Part shown: piece after piece, positions 39,682-49,361 of the stretch
Numbering within the stretch: position 1 is the first letter of the stretch
Layout of the letters: each line of letters opens with the position of its first letter
Assembly: GCA_049969675.1 (NCBI GenBank)
Contig: JBMFOP010000001.1
Coordinates: 22,546-86,545, forward strand
Reading direction: 5' to 3'
Source: Myxococcota bacterium
GTDB lineage: Bacteria > Myxococcota > SpSt-1050
Length of the DNA stretch: 64,000 bases
The notes under the pieces: model-generated
What the model saw: only the letters and a program-made list of their open reading frames with translations
Database searches by the model: none
What the model was told of the DNA's origin: nothing
Translations under genes and position numbers: made by a program

Positions 39682-40500
39682 ATGATAGTAAGAGAGCCTA
39701 AATATAGTGGTAAATTTTATCCAGAAAAGCCCAGAGTCCTCATCTCTATGTTGCAGGATCTGTACAATAGGGTTGAATTTTCCCGGAAGAAGATAAGGTC
39801 TAATGGAATCCTGTTGCCACACGCCGCATATCACTACTCCGGGCATGTGGCTATGTCTGTCTTGAAGTGCATAGAAATTCCAGAGAATATAATAATCTTT
39901 TGTCCAAATCACAATGGACTCGGGGAGGATGTAAATATTGTCTCTGAGGGACGCTTTATAACACCTATTGGAGATGTTGCTATAAATTCGGATATTGCAA
40001 GGGGTATTATGAAAGATATCCCCGAAGTAAAGGAAGATATAAAGTCTCATCTGATAGAACATTCAATTGAGGTGCAACTCCCGTTATTAAAATACCTTAG
40101 AAACGATGTAAGAATTGTTCCCATACTTATTAAGAAACTTAAAGCAAATATTCTTACAAAATTGATATCTGATTTTGCAAATTTCTTTAAGGGTTCTGGT
40201 GCTTCTGACATTCTATTTCTCTCAAGCAGTGACCTCTCTCATTATGAGAGATATGATGAGGCAATAAGGAAGGATAAGCTGCTCTTAAAATATGTTGAGA
40301 AGATGGATATCTATGGGCTCAAAAAGGTAATTGAAGAAGAACATATCTCTATGTGTGGATATGAGGGCACAGCAATCAATATGGAGTTGTGTCGTCAGTC
40401 TGGTGCTACTCAGGGGATAATTAAGAGGTATGATACAAGTAGTTCAAGCGATGGGAATTATGAGAGTGTTGTGGGGTATGCAGGGGCCTGTTTTGTATAG
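39682..40500 (+). CDS. MEMO1-family protein (AmmeMemoRadiSam system protein B-like)
   Basis: MIVREPKYSGKFYPEKP, PHAAYHYSGHVA, HSIEVQLPLL: MEMO-like catalytic His cluster. The AMMECR1 and radical-SAM partners are not adjacent. Confidence 0.7.
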   Translation: MIVREPKYSGKFYPEKPRVLISMLQDLYNRVEFSRKKIRSNGILLPHAAYHYSGHVAMSVLKCIEIPENIIIFCPNHNGLGEDVNIVSEGRFITPIGDVAINSDIARGIMKDIPEVKEDIKSHLIEHSIEVQLPLLKYLRNDVRIVPILIKKLKANILTKLISDFANFFKGSGASDILFLSSSDLSHYERYDEAIRKDKLLLKYVEKMDIYGLKKVIEEEHISMCGYEGTAINMELCRQSGATQGIIKRYDTSSSSDGNYESVVGYAGACFV

Positions 40501-40502
40501 TT

Positions 40503-42056
40503 ATGGATAATGCAAAAGTAAAGGCTTTATATAAAGGTGATATATCCAGAATTAATATCTGTGAGCTTTTGATAAGGCTTGGGGTCTTAAAAGAGAATGG
40601 ATATGTGGAGATAATTATTGAAGAGTTGAGGATAAAAATTTATCTATATATGGGGGATATTGTTAATATTGAATCTGATGATATCAATTTCTCACTTGCG
40701 GGATTCTTAAGGAAGAGGAATAGAATCAGTGAAGAGCAGTATGCAGATGTAAAGAAGATGGTGCAGGCTGGAGATAATAGTACTGCAGAGGTACTCCTGA
40801 CCCTCGGGTTAATCAAACCATTTGAGGTTATTCAGTTCATAAACGAATTTCTTATATGTGCTCTCGGCAGGATAGCGACTTTTTCAAAGGGGATTTATGT
40901 TTATTACAGGATTGAACAGGATGTCTATCCTTTCCCGGTAAATCTGAGATTCAACACAGTAGATGCTGTAAAGAATGTGATATTTAATCATCTCCCCGAT
41001 GAATATTTTATAAGGCTCTTTGCAAGACATAATGAGATTGATGTCATATTGCGAAGTTCAGGGCTGACCATTGAGAATGCAAGGCTTGGTCCAAAGGAGT
41101 TGCGATATCTTAAAGCCATCTGTTCTTCAGGGAAATTTGTAGATTATCTCCCTGAAATTAATCCCACTAACTCAGAACATATCTATAAACTCAGGGCTGC
41201 ATATTATTTTAAGTTGTGTGCATTTATTGAGATGAGGAGAGGGAAAGAGAGTTTTGAATCAGTATTCCATATTGAGAACCTGAAAGATAATCATTTTGGG
41301 GAATGTGGAGTGGTTCCCCCGTCAGAAAAGGCTTTAGAAAAAGAGGGATGTAAGATTGATGATGAGGAGGAGAAGAAGATATCAGAGCTGACAGCCCTCT
41401 TTGAGGAGATGAAGAAGAAGAATTTCTTTGAAAGATTGAATGTCAGCGAAGATGCACAGGATGCCCAGATAAAGAAGGCGTATCTCCTGCTTGCAAAGAA
41501 GTATCACCCTGATATTGTCACTGTTAATGCTTCAAAGAGGATAAAGAAGTGTTATGAGGATATATTTGCACTTATCAACGAGGCGTATCAGAGGCTTGAG
41601 AAGGCAGATTCAAGGAGAGATTATCTGGAATCAATAAAACAGAGTGAGGATGGAAAGTCTGATGTGGATATAGCGAGTATTCTGGAAGATGAGGCAAAAT
41701 TTATAAGGGCTAAGGCACTTATCAAGAACAACAGAAATATAGAATCTGGACTTCAGATACTTGAAGATATAATGACGAGAAATCAGGATGATGAGTACAG
41801 GATTTATTATCTCTGGGGGAAATTCCTTAAAGAGAAGCCTACAGACCCAGCCGTAATAGGGAAGATAATAACATCTCTTGAAATGATTGCAAAGAAGAAG
41901 GAGCTTCCGGACCTCTTCCTGTTCCTCGGTTACCTATATAAAGCAGTCAGGAATGAGGAGAAGATGATAGAGGCATTCAAAAGACTTCTAAAGCTCGAGC
42001 CGAATAATACAATTGCCTCTATTGAGATTAAACTATATGAGAAGAAGAAGAGATGA
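40503..42056 (+). CDS. J-domain (DnaJ-like) protein with uncharacterized N-terminal domain and TPR-like C-terminus
   Basis: J-domain NFFERLNVSEDAQDAQIKKAYLLLAKKYHPD at about residues 305-370. The N-terminal 300 aa resemble a DUF4388-like module (uncertain). Start is 2 nt after the MEMO-like stop. Confidence 0.65.
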   Translation: MDNAKVKALYKGDISRINICELLIRLGVLKENGYVEIIIEELRIKIYLYMGDIVNIESDDINFSLAGFLRKRNRISEEQYADVKKMVQAGDNSTAEVLLTLGLIKPFEVIQFINEFLICALGRIATFSKGIYVYYRIEQDVYPFPVNLRFNTVDAVKNVIFNHLPDEYFIRLFARHNEIDVILRSSGLTIENARLGPKELRYLKAICSSGKFVDYLPEINPTNSEHIYKLRAAYYFKLCAFIEMRRGKESFESVFHIENLKDNHFGECGVVPPSEKALEKEGCKIDDEEEKKISELTALFEEMKKKNFFERLNVSEDAQDAQIKKAYLLLAKKYHPDIVTVNASKRIKKCYEDIFALINEAYQRLEKADSRRDYLESIKQSEDGKSDVDIASILEDEAKFIRAKALIKNNRNIESGLQILEDIMTRNQDDEYRIYYLWGKFLKEKPTDPAVIGKIITSLEMIAKKKELPDLFLFLGYLYKAVRNEEKMIEAFKRLLKLEPNNTIASIEIKLYEKKKR

Positions 42057-43354
42057 GACTATCGTGTAAGATCGCATATGCTGTATTGGTTGCATCATTT
42101 GTCCTCTCTGCCTGTCAGACAGCCACTCATCTTAAGCCAGAGGGCTGCCAGCAGCAGATAATATTTGAGATACAGGGTATATCACATCCTGTAAAAGATA
42201 TTTCAGAAAACAGGGCTCTATTAAGGCTTGAGGGAGAGATATCTGTGGCATCGGTGGGGGATATCATTCCTCATAACAATGTAAAGAAGGCGGCGTCACA
42301 GGGGAATATAGTTCAGGGTGGAAGGAGTATAAATAATGAAGGTTTTGATACCCTTTTTGAGAATGTAAAGGAGTATCTTAAAGCCGATGTCACTATTGCA
42401 AATTACGAATCACCAATTGCCCCCATAAATGGTTCATCAGGGCAACCTTTTGTATTTAATTCTGATACATCCCTTCTTAGAGCCGCAAGAGATGCAAATA
42501 TCAATCTGTTTAATATAGCAAATAACCACATCTATGATCAGGATATAAAAGGGTTTTTAGAGACGATAGAGAATTTTGAATCGGAGAAGATAAGATATAT
42601 AGGCACATATACCGATGATAAGCCACGCCCTCTATTCCTGGAAAGGAATGGGATCAGGGTGGCATTCTTTGGATTTACCACGCTCTTAAATAATCAACCC
42701 GATTACGGCCGGCTCAGGGAGTATGTTAGAAAGTATATAGGAGAGAAGGATACAGAAGAGATCAGAAAGGCTAAAGAGAAGGCAGATATTGTGATTGTTT
42801 ATATACACTGGGGAGAGGAATATAAGAAGGAGCCAGACGAATCACAGATCAGTCTCGCAGATGAATTGATTGAGGCTGGCGCAGATATTATAATTGGTGG
42901 ACATCCACATATACTCCAGCCATTGAGTCTTATAGCCTCAAATGATATGCGGATTGTCCCTGTGGCATTTTCAATGGGAAATTTTATCTCAAATCAGAGC
43001 CGAAATTATGCATTTCCTATATCCGGTGAAGATGAGGGGAGGACAAGGGACTCCGCAATATTGAGATTTAAGCTAAAAAAATATTCTTACAACGACTTTT
43101 CCTTTACTGTGGTCTCGGAACTCTATTTTGTGCCTCTCTGGACATACAACAATGATATCCAGTTTTCAAAGGGGGTTGAAAAGAGACTTAAGATATATCC
43201 ATTCCCTATCACGGAAAGGATAGAACAATTGAATAAGGCAATTGTGGTAGAGAAGGATGAAAATAGGAAGAAGGAACTCCTTCTGGAACTTGAAAATCTG
43301 TTGTTGAGGCTCAAATTGATAAAGGGTACACTCGGAGAAGATTATGTAAGATAG
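42053..43354 (+). CDS. CapA/PGA_cap family metallophosphatase-like lipoprotein
   Basis: Lipoprotein signal MRLSCKIAYAVLVASFVLSAC. CapA motifs IANYESP, IANNHIYDQ, HWGEEY, GGHPHILQP. ATGA overlap with the upstream gene. Confidence 0.6.
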   Translation: MRLSCKIAYAVLVASFVLSACQTATHLKPEGCQQQIIFEIQGISHPVKDISENRALLRLEGEISVASVGDIIPHNNVKKAASQGNIVQGGRSINNEGFDTLFENVKEYLKADVTIANYESPIAPINGSSGQPFVFNSDTSLLRAARDANINLFNIANNHIYDQDIKGFLETIENFESEKIRYIGTYTDDKPRPLFLERNGIRVAFFGFTTLLNNQPDYGRLREYVRKYIGEKDTEEIRKAKEKADIVIVYIHWGEEYKKEPDESQISLADELIEAGADIIIGGHPHILQPLSLIASNDMRIVPVAFSMGNFISNQSRNYAFPISGEDEGRTRDSAILRFKLKKYSYNDFSFTVVSELYFVPLWTYNNDIQFSKGVEKRLKIYPFPITERIEQLNKAIVVEKDENRKKELLLELENLLLRLKLIKGTLGEDYVR

Positions 43355-43355
43355 T

Positions 43356-43991
43356 ATGAAATACTCTCCAATTATATGGGCATCAGCATATCTGATAAGC
43401 AGGTTAATCAGGAGTTACAGATATGTAGTCAGTAATGATGCTATTGTACAGAATTGCAAAAGACCTCCGGTCTTTGCTCTATTCCATTCTACTCAGATGT
43501 TGGTTGCAAGTTATAGAACCAATTTTAAGACCAATATATTGGTAAGTCTTTCAAAGGATGGGGAGATAGCAGCACAGGCATTACAGATGCTCGGCTTTGG
43601 AGTGGTAAGGGGTTCTTCTTCAAAAAGGGGTAGAGAGGCACTTGATGAATTGATATTAAAGGTCAGATCCGGAGAATCAGCCGCTATTACAGTTGATGGT
43701 CCACGGGGTCCCTGTGAAGAGGTAAAGAGTGGAATAATAAGACTTGCGTCAGAGTCAAATGCGCCAATAGTTTGTGTATCAGCTGCTGCAAAGGTTATGT
43801 ATAGATTAAAGAATTCCTGGGACCGTTTTATAGTTGCACCCCCTCTTTCAAAGGTCTTTATCTCTTTTTCGGACCCCATCACTGTCGATAGAATAGTGGA
43901 TGCTGAAGAGATAAAATTTTTTAAGAGTCTAATAAAAACAAAATTGCGCTCCCTGTTTGAGGATTCTCTCAAAATGGTTCAAAAAATTTAA
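43356..43991 (+). CDS. DUF374-like lysophospholipid acyltransferase family protein (putative)
   Basis: 211 aa. FHSTQML / GEIAAQALQMLGFGVVRGSSSKRG / ITVDGPRGP are reminiscent of the DUF374 family. Memory-based call. Confidence 0.4.
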   Translation: MKYSPIIWASAYLISRLIRSYRYVVSNDAIVQNCKRPPVFALFHSTQMLVASYRTNFKTNILVSLSKDGEIAAQALQMLGFGVVRGSSSKRGREALDELILKVRSGESAAITVDGPRGPCEEVKSGIIRLASESNAPIVCVSAAAKVMYRLKNSWDRFIVAPPLSKVFISFSDPITVDRIVDAEEIKFFKSLIKTKLRSLFEDSLKMVQKI

Positions 43992-44024
43992 GAGTTATGT
44001 TATATAAATTTCAAGAGGTGTGGA

Positions 44025-45833
44025 TTGCATAGGTATTATAAAGAGAATCAGGATATTGAAGGACAAAGGCTTGCCTGTGGTAAATATAGTCGCAGGGTTC
44101 TACAGGATCTGCTTAAACTATCAGATATTCATTGTAATATAATTGCAATGGGTTGGGTTGGAAATCGTATAGTGATTGATATTCTCCCACAGGGTAAAAA
44201 AGAGGACTCACTAATCACGCTTTATATTGCAAAGAGGGTAGATACTCAACCATCCCTTTTAAAGACCGACTTTCTGGATATATACTACAGTAGTAATAAG
44301 AATAACGAGGACTTTGCAAGACATATCCTATCTCTTAAGATTAATGATATCACTTTCGCTCAGCTAACGAAGATCTTAAAAGATGACCCTGAACTTGGAG
44401 ACCCATCTCTCTCTATGCCCACATCAGAGGCGGCGGATAGGCCAGAGAATCATCTGGACAGCTGGGGTGGAAGGGATTTATACGCCAATTTCTTCGCCGA
44501 GGGAGAATTTGCCAGAGGACAGTTAGATTCGGTTAATATCTATGAGAATTGTGTCTTTATTCAACATTCTGATATAGAATGCGTCTCGTTAAGGCCAAAT
44601 CTGGATTTGAGACTCATTAAGTTTCTGGTAAGATATCCATGGCTCTCCCCAAATCCAGAGAAATATAGTGGTATCAGACGTGATGAACTCCCGGATGTTA
44701 ATAAATTCTTCTCTACTGACCTCAGGGAGAAAGATATTATAATGGGGCATAATAAGGTTAGAGATGCACTTGAATATGTCCTTAATAATGTTAAGAAGAA
44801 GAATATCTTCCTCTCCAATACCTGCACCCCTGTTGTGATAGGGGAAGATGTAGAATCTTTAGTAAAAAAGGCTAAACAGAGGAGAAAGGACCTCTTATAT
44901 CTTACAGTCACTCCTCAATCAATGGAGGTAGTATTAAAGGACTTATTTAAAATTCCATCTAAAAGAATGAAGAGAAAGGCTCATAATCTGATTAATCTTA
45001 TGGGTTATGAAGATGATAATTACATAAGACAGTTAATAAAGTTTCTAAAAGATTTAGGAATTGAAGTAAATTCTACTGTTATACCTGATGTCTCAGTAAA
45101 GACCCTTAATAAATATTTTAAAGGCGGTGTTGATATACTAAAACCAAATTCTCTCTGGAGCCATCTCTATATGCAACTTAACTCTATGTCTGGACATAAA
45201 TATATTTCAATTGACTCACCATATGGCTTTTTCGGGACAATCAGATGGATAATTGAACTCTTAAGAATCCCTGGAAGAAAGATATCTGAGGATGAGATAA
45301 TGAAGAGAATAAAGCCCGAGATCATTGATAGATATTTGAGATTGAGAGAAGCAATGAAATCTATAGGTGTTATCTTCATTGTGAGAAAGGATGAAGTTGG
45401 ATATCTCACCGATTCTGCTAAGTCGTGGGGTGTACCTTTGATAAAGTTCTTCAGAGAGATGGGAAGTAAGATAGAGGTATTCATAAAGGCTCAAAGCCTT
45501 GAAGAGGCAAAGTCTGCATCAACTCAACTATTAGGTTTTATTTCGGATTATCATAATTTTGAGATAAGATATTTTGATTCTTTTGAGAATATGATGAGAC
45601 TGATAAAGAGTAGTATGGCTCAATTGGTTTTTACAAATCATTCAAATGATTGGAGGATAACATCGGGGGGAAAGCATTCTCTCTCACTTACGGATTTTGA
45701 AGTCGGTTTTGAAGGTGCAATATATACAATGGAAAATATTTTGAACCTCGCAAATAATCAATTTTTCAAGAGGTATGCAAGGTATTTACAGAGGGATTTT
45801 AAGGGAAGCTATGAAGAGAGAGAACAAAGGTAG
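44025..45833 (+). CDS. nitrogenase component 1-like (NifD/NifE-fold) oxidoreductase subunit, divergent, with N-terminal extension of about 150 aa
   Basis: IMGHNKVRDALEYVLNNVKKKNIFLSNTCTPVVIGEDVESLVKKA matches the NifD/NifE GGDKKL...STCPxGLIGDDIxAV region, including the P-cluster Cys154 equivalent. FIQHSDIECV is a possible HGPVGC equivalent. No obvious Fe-protein gene nearby. Confidence 0.5.
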   Translation: MHRYYKENQDIEGQRLACGKYSRRVLQDLLKLSDIHCNIIAMGWVGNRIVIDILPQGKKEDSLITLYIAKRVDTQPSLLKTDFLDIYYSSNKNNEDFARHILSLKINDITFAQLTKILKDDPELGDPSLSMPTSEAADRPENHLDSWGGRDLYANFFAEGEFARGQLDSVNIYENCVFIQHSDIECVSLRPNLDLRLIKFLVRYPWLSPNPEKYSGIRRDELPDVNKFFSTDLREKDIIMGHNKVRDALEYVLNNVKKKNIFLSNTCTPVVIGEDVESLVKKAKQRRKDLLYLTVTPQSMEVVLKDLFKIPSKRMKRKAHNLINLMGYEDDNYIRQLIKFLKDLGIEVNSTVIPDVSVKTLNKYFKGGVDILKPNSLWSHLYMQLNSMSGHKYISIDSPYGFFGTIRWIIELLRIPGRKISEDEIMKRIKPEIIDRYLRLREAMKSIGVIFIVRKDEVGYLTDSAKSWGVPLIKFFREMGSKIEVFIKAQSLEEAKSASTQLLGFISDYHNFEIRYFDSFENMMRLIKSSMAQLVFTNHSNDWRITSGGKHSLSLTDFEVGFEGAIYTMENILNLANNQFFKRYARYLQRDFKGSYEEREQR

Positions 45834-47154
45834 AAAATTCTCTCAGAGGTTACTGAGCCCATATATGGTGGGAGTCTATCTCGGTGTTAATGCTGTGAAG
45901 GATTTTTATCTGCTTGTAGATGGGCCGGATTGCTCATATATGAAGACCCAATATATAGGAATGAATCAGGACTTCTATGCCAATCTTACAAATCTATCTG
46001 GTTTTCACAGAATAGGAAATACTGCATTACATCCAATTATGATGGCATCTTCAAGAGAGGAGAAGATTCTCTCTGCTTTATTAAAGATTGCAAAAGGAGA
46101 ATTTGTCTCTGCGGTTGGTATCACTCCGATGCCAATGGCAGCGGTTACCGCGGTAGATTATAGTCGGTTATTAAGGGAGGTGAGCAGGAGATATAAAAAA
46201 CCAACATTTGAGTTCAAGAATAAATCACTCTCGGGGGATTGGATGGATGGTTACATGGAATTCGGGAAGGTGCTTGCATCCAGTATGGAGATTGGGAAGG
46301 TCAGGAAGAGACGAAGGTCTGTGGCTATAATCGGTTATTTATATGATAGAAACGAATATGATAATATTGCAAATATCGCTGAGCTCAAAAGAGTCTTTCA
46401 GGGGATTGGTGTAAATGTCGCGGGTATATGGTTTGATGGCGGCGGTTTTATGGATCTAAAATCAGTATCTGAGGCTGACCTGATTATTTCGTTTGGATAT
46501 CTCAGAGATGCTGCGAGAATCTTATCAGAGCGGCTAAAGACTCCGGTGATGGAATTTGATTATCCAGTGGGGTTTGAGCAGACGGGTGATATATTAAAGA
46601 GGGTATCTGAATACTTTGAAATCAGAGACGCATCCACCTTCATTGAGAGAGAGACAGAGGCAATTGTGAGGAGAGTAGAGTCACTTATAGAACAATACTT
46701 AATACGACTCAGGGTGTTTTATTGTGGGGACCCGATTCTATTTAATTCAATTAAATCAATGCTTGAACTTGTTGGAATGAAGATTGAATATGCCATTATT
46801 TCCAATACATCTGAGAAGTCATCTTATGTAAAGGAGCCAATTAAGAATATTATTTTTGAACCGTCTATCAACGATGTCTTTGAGGTTGGTCTAAAGATGG
46901 CAAGAGAGGATAAGATAGACCTATATGTCGGCAATAGTGATATGAGTTCATACTTTATCGGGAGTGGGAAGGCGGCGGTTGAGATTGGATTCCCTTCTTA
47001 TTTCTCGCATTGTATCGCAGAAATCCCTTATGTGGGTTATAGAGGGTATATGCATCTTCTGAACAGGATTATAAAAGAGCTCAGATTTGCTGAGGTCAGA
47101 AAGGTCTTTAGAGAGCAAGGGATAGAGTCATTCATAAAAAATAAAATTTTATAA
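45775..47154 (+). CDS. nitrogenase component 1-like (NifK/NifN/BchB-fold) subunit, divergent
   Basis: YLLVDGPDCSY resembles HGPxGC. The central region IIGYLYDRNEYDNIANIAELKRVFQGIGVNV...PVGFEQTGDILKRVSEYF matches the beta-subunit type. The C-terminus IDLYVGNSDMSSYF...EIGFPSYFSHCIAEIPYVGYRGYMHLLNRIIKEL matches the NifK-type (L)IGNS...GFP..DR...GY.G motif. The start may be the internal M at 45811 or 45862, since the track ORF overlaps the upstream gene by 59 nt. Confidence 0.55.
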   Translation: MQGIYRGILREAMKRENKGRKFSQRLLSPYMVGVYLGVNAVKDFYLLVDGPDCSYMKTQYIGMNQDFYANLTNLSGFHRIGNTALHPIMMASSREEKILSALLKIAKGEFVSAVGITPMPMAAVTAVDYSRLLREVSRRYKKPTFEFKNKSLSGDWMDGYMEFGKVLASSMEIGKVRKRRRSVAIIGYLYDRNEYDNIANIAELKRVFQGIGVNVAGIWFDGGGFMDLKSVSEADLIISFGYLRDAARILSERLKTPVMEFDYPVGFEQTGDILKRVSEYFEIRDASTFIERETEAIVRRVESLIEQYLIRLRVFYCGDPILFNSIKSMLELVGMKIEYAIISNTSEKSSYVKEPIKNIIFEPSINDVFEVGLKMAREDKIDLYVGNSDMSSYFIGSGKAAVEIGFPSYFSHCIAEIPYVGYRGYMHLLNRIIKELRFAEVRKVFREQGIESFIKNKIL

Positions 47155-47223
47155 CTTCTGGATATTGCTAACTGTAGATTTTTCTTGAAATCTTTTTCAG
47201 ATTGTGTTAGGGTTTCTGCCGCT

Positions 47224-47304
47224 GCCGAAGTGGTGGAATTGGTAGACACGTACGTTTGAGGGGCGTATGCCAGCGGCGTGTGGGTTCGAGTCCCACCTTC
47301 GGCA
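47224..47304 (+). tRNA. tRNA-Leu(GAG)
   Basis: GCCGAAG acceptor pairs with CTTCGGC. 3-bp D-stem with long D-loop GAATTGGTAGA. Anticodon loop TTGAGGG. 12-nt variable arm. T-arm GTGGG/TTCGAGT/CCCAC. Followed by a T9 run. Confidence 0.85.
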
Positions 47305-47438
47305 TTTTTTTTTGCCTTTACTTGCTTTTTGAAATTATAATTTTACATTATTAATATTTACAATGGATTGAGTAAAGGTTATTATTTATCTGTTTTGAGG
47401 GTTAGCTCTGGTCTGTCTTTTGAGGCAGGTAAGAAGTC

Positions 47439-49361
47439 TTGAAGAAAAAATATTTATATTTAAATCTCAATCTAAATAAGAGTATAGCCTTTAAGGTATC
47501 GCTTGTGATATCTATCGCCATACTAATTATTATGGGGACTGGATTCTATTTTCTCCTTGATATGCAAAAGAAGGCTATTAAGAAAAATATTGATGATTAT
47601 TTTGCCTCCATTTATGAGATGGTTCTGGTTACAATAAAGGACCAGCATACCTTGAACGGAACACTCCCTTCAAAACAGCTACGGGATATAATGAAATCCC
47701 ACAAAGAGATTATATCTTCCAATATCACCAATTATTATGGTGTAATTAAATGGGCTTCAAATCCCTCTGATGTAGGGAAGATAAATAAACTTGTGAATGA
47801 GGTAAAGAAGGAGTGGGGAGGTGCGGATATCAGGACAGGGGTAAGGATTCTTGAAAATAAGAATGCTACTCAGATTGTTACACCAATTATGCCCGAACAG
47901 ATCTGCGTCAAATGTCATCAGGATAGAAAGGAACCCATAGGATTTTTTATTGCGGAGAGTATTAGTTTTTCAACTCTATTTAGCGACATCTATAAATTTT
48001 CTACTGTCTCGTTTCTTGTAATTCTGGATACAATTCTGGTAACAATGCTCATCCTCTCTTTAGCACTGAGGTTTTATGTAGTTAAACCCATTGATACACT
48101 TTTGAGTATGATTCAGGCTGTGGAGAAGGGGAATTTCCTCGTGAGGGCAGATATAAAGAGGGAGGATGAACTTGGTATCCTCTCTCGTGGCTTTAATAAT
48201 ATGCTCAAGAAGATTACCGACCTTATGGTCTCTCAAATGGATCAGGAGAGACAGGTTGTACAGATGCAACAGGAGTTAAAATATCGTGATGAGATAGAGG
48301 AGAAAGGGAAGAAGATTCTTGAGATTAATGCCTCACTTGAGAAGAAGTTGAATGAACTTTCGCTCTTAATCGAACTCTCATCAGCCCTCAATTCAAGCCT
48401 TGAACTGGATGATATACTTGAATCTCTGGTAAATATCCTGCACAGGAAGATGAACTATCTTGGACTTGTGGTCTTACTATGGGATGAGGAAGAGCGGGTA
48501 TTGAGAGTAAAGAGGTCATTTGGTTATGACGATGGAGAGCAGCTTAAAAATATGGTCTTTAAGCCCGGTGAGGGGATTTCCGGGCTTGTCGTTCAGAGCG
48601 GAGAGATGATTCTTGTAAATGATACAACGCATGACCCGAGATTCCTGCATTATAAAGGGAAGAAGATCATTGATGGCTCATTTTTGTCCATTCCTATGAA
48701 GTTTAAGGGTGAGACCATTGGTGTGTTAAACTTTTCAAGGCCCGGGATATATATGTTTAAGGATGATGAGATAGAGCTCTTAAAGGCTGTTGCCAATCAG
48801 GCGGCGATTGCGATCAAGAATGCTGAATTGTATCAGAAGACATTAGAACTCTCCATCACCGATGCCCTTACAGGTTTATATAACAGAAGATATTTTTTCA
48901 GGAGGTTTGCAGAGGTTGTAGAGAATTCAATTCGCTATAATACAGGTTTCTCAATCCTTATGATTGATATAGACCATTTTAAGAATTTTAATGATACATA
49001 CGGACATAAGGCTGGGGATGAGATATTAAAGAGGGTGGCATATATATTCTCTTCAAGAGTCAGGAAGGTGGATATTGTAGCACGATATGGTGGAGAAGAA
49101 TTCATAATTCTCTTCCCGAGGATGAAGAAGAAAGAGGCTTATGACCTTGCAGAGAAACTCCGTAAGAATGTGGAACTCTCAAAATTTGTTTTTGAGGGAC
49201 AACCTATAGGACAGAAGATTACAATATCTATTGGTGTTGCCACTTTCCCCGACGATAGCAAGGATGCCAGGGAGATAGTAGATCTGGCAGATAAGGCACT
49301 TTATAAGGCAAAGAGAAATGGTAGAAATCAGACAGTCTCATATGAACAGACCAATGAATGA
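47439..49361 (+). CDS. sensor diguanylate cyclase: TM, periplasmic CXXCH heme-c-type sensor, TM, HAMP, coiled coil, GAF, GGDEF
   Basis: TM1 at about 17-40. Periplasmic domain with CVKCH, possibly a DUF3365/Tll0287-like heme-binding sensor. TM2 at about 190-212. HAMP LGILSRGFNNM. GAF domain. GGDEF with RYGGEEF and an intact RxxD I-site region. Confidence 0.8.
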   Translation: MKKKYLYLNLNLNKSIAFKVSLVISIAILIIMGTGFYFLLDMQKKAIKKNIDDYFASIYEMVLVTIKDQHTLNGTLPSKQLRDIMKSHKEIISSNITNYYGVIKWASNPSDVGKINKLVNEVKKEWGGADIRTGVRILENKNATQIVTPIMPEQICVKCHQDRKEPIGFFIAESISFSTLFSDIYKFSTVSFLVILDTILVTMLILSLALRFYVVKPIDTLLSMIQAVEKGNFLVRADIKREDELGILSRGFNNMLKKITDLMVSQMDQERQVVQMQQELKYRDEIEEKGKKILEINASLEKKLNELSLLIELSSALNSSLELDDILESLVNILHRKMNYLGLVVLLWDEEERVLRVKRSFGYDDGEQLKNMVFKPGEGISGLVVQSGEMILVNDTTHDPRFLHYKGKKIIDGSFLSIPMKFKGETIGVLNFSRPGIYMFKDDEIELLKAVANQAAIAIKNAELYQKTLELSITDALTGLYNRRYFFRRFAEVVENSIRYNTGFSILMIDIDHFKNFNDTYGHKAGDEILKRVAYIFSSRVRKVDIVARYGGEEFIILFPRMKKKEAYDLAEKLRKNVELSKFVFEGQPIGQKITISIGVATFPDDSKDAREIVDLADKALYKAKRNGRNQTVSYEQTNE

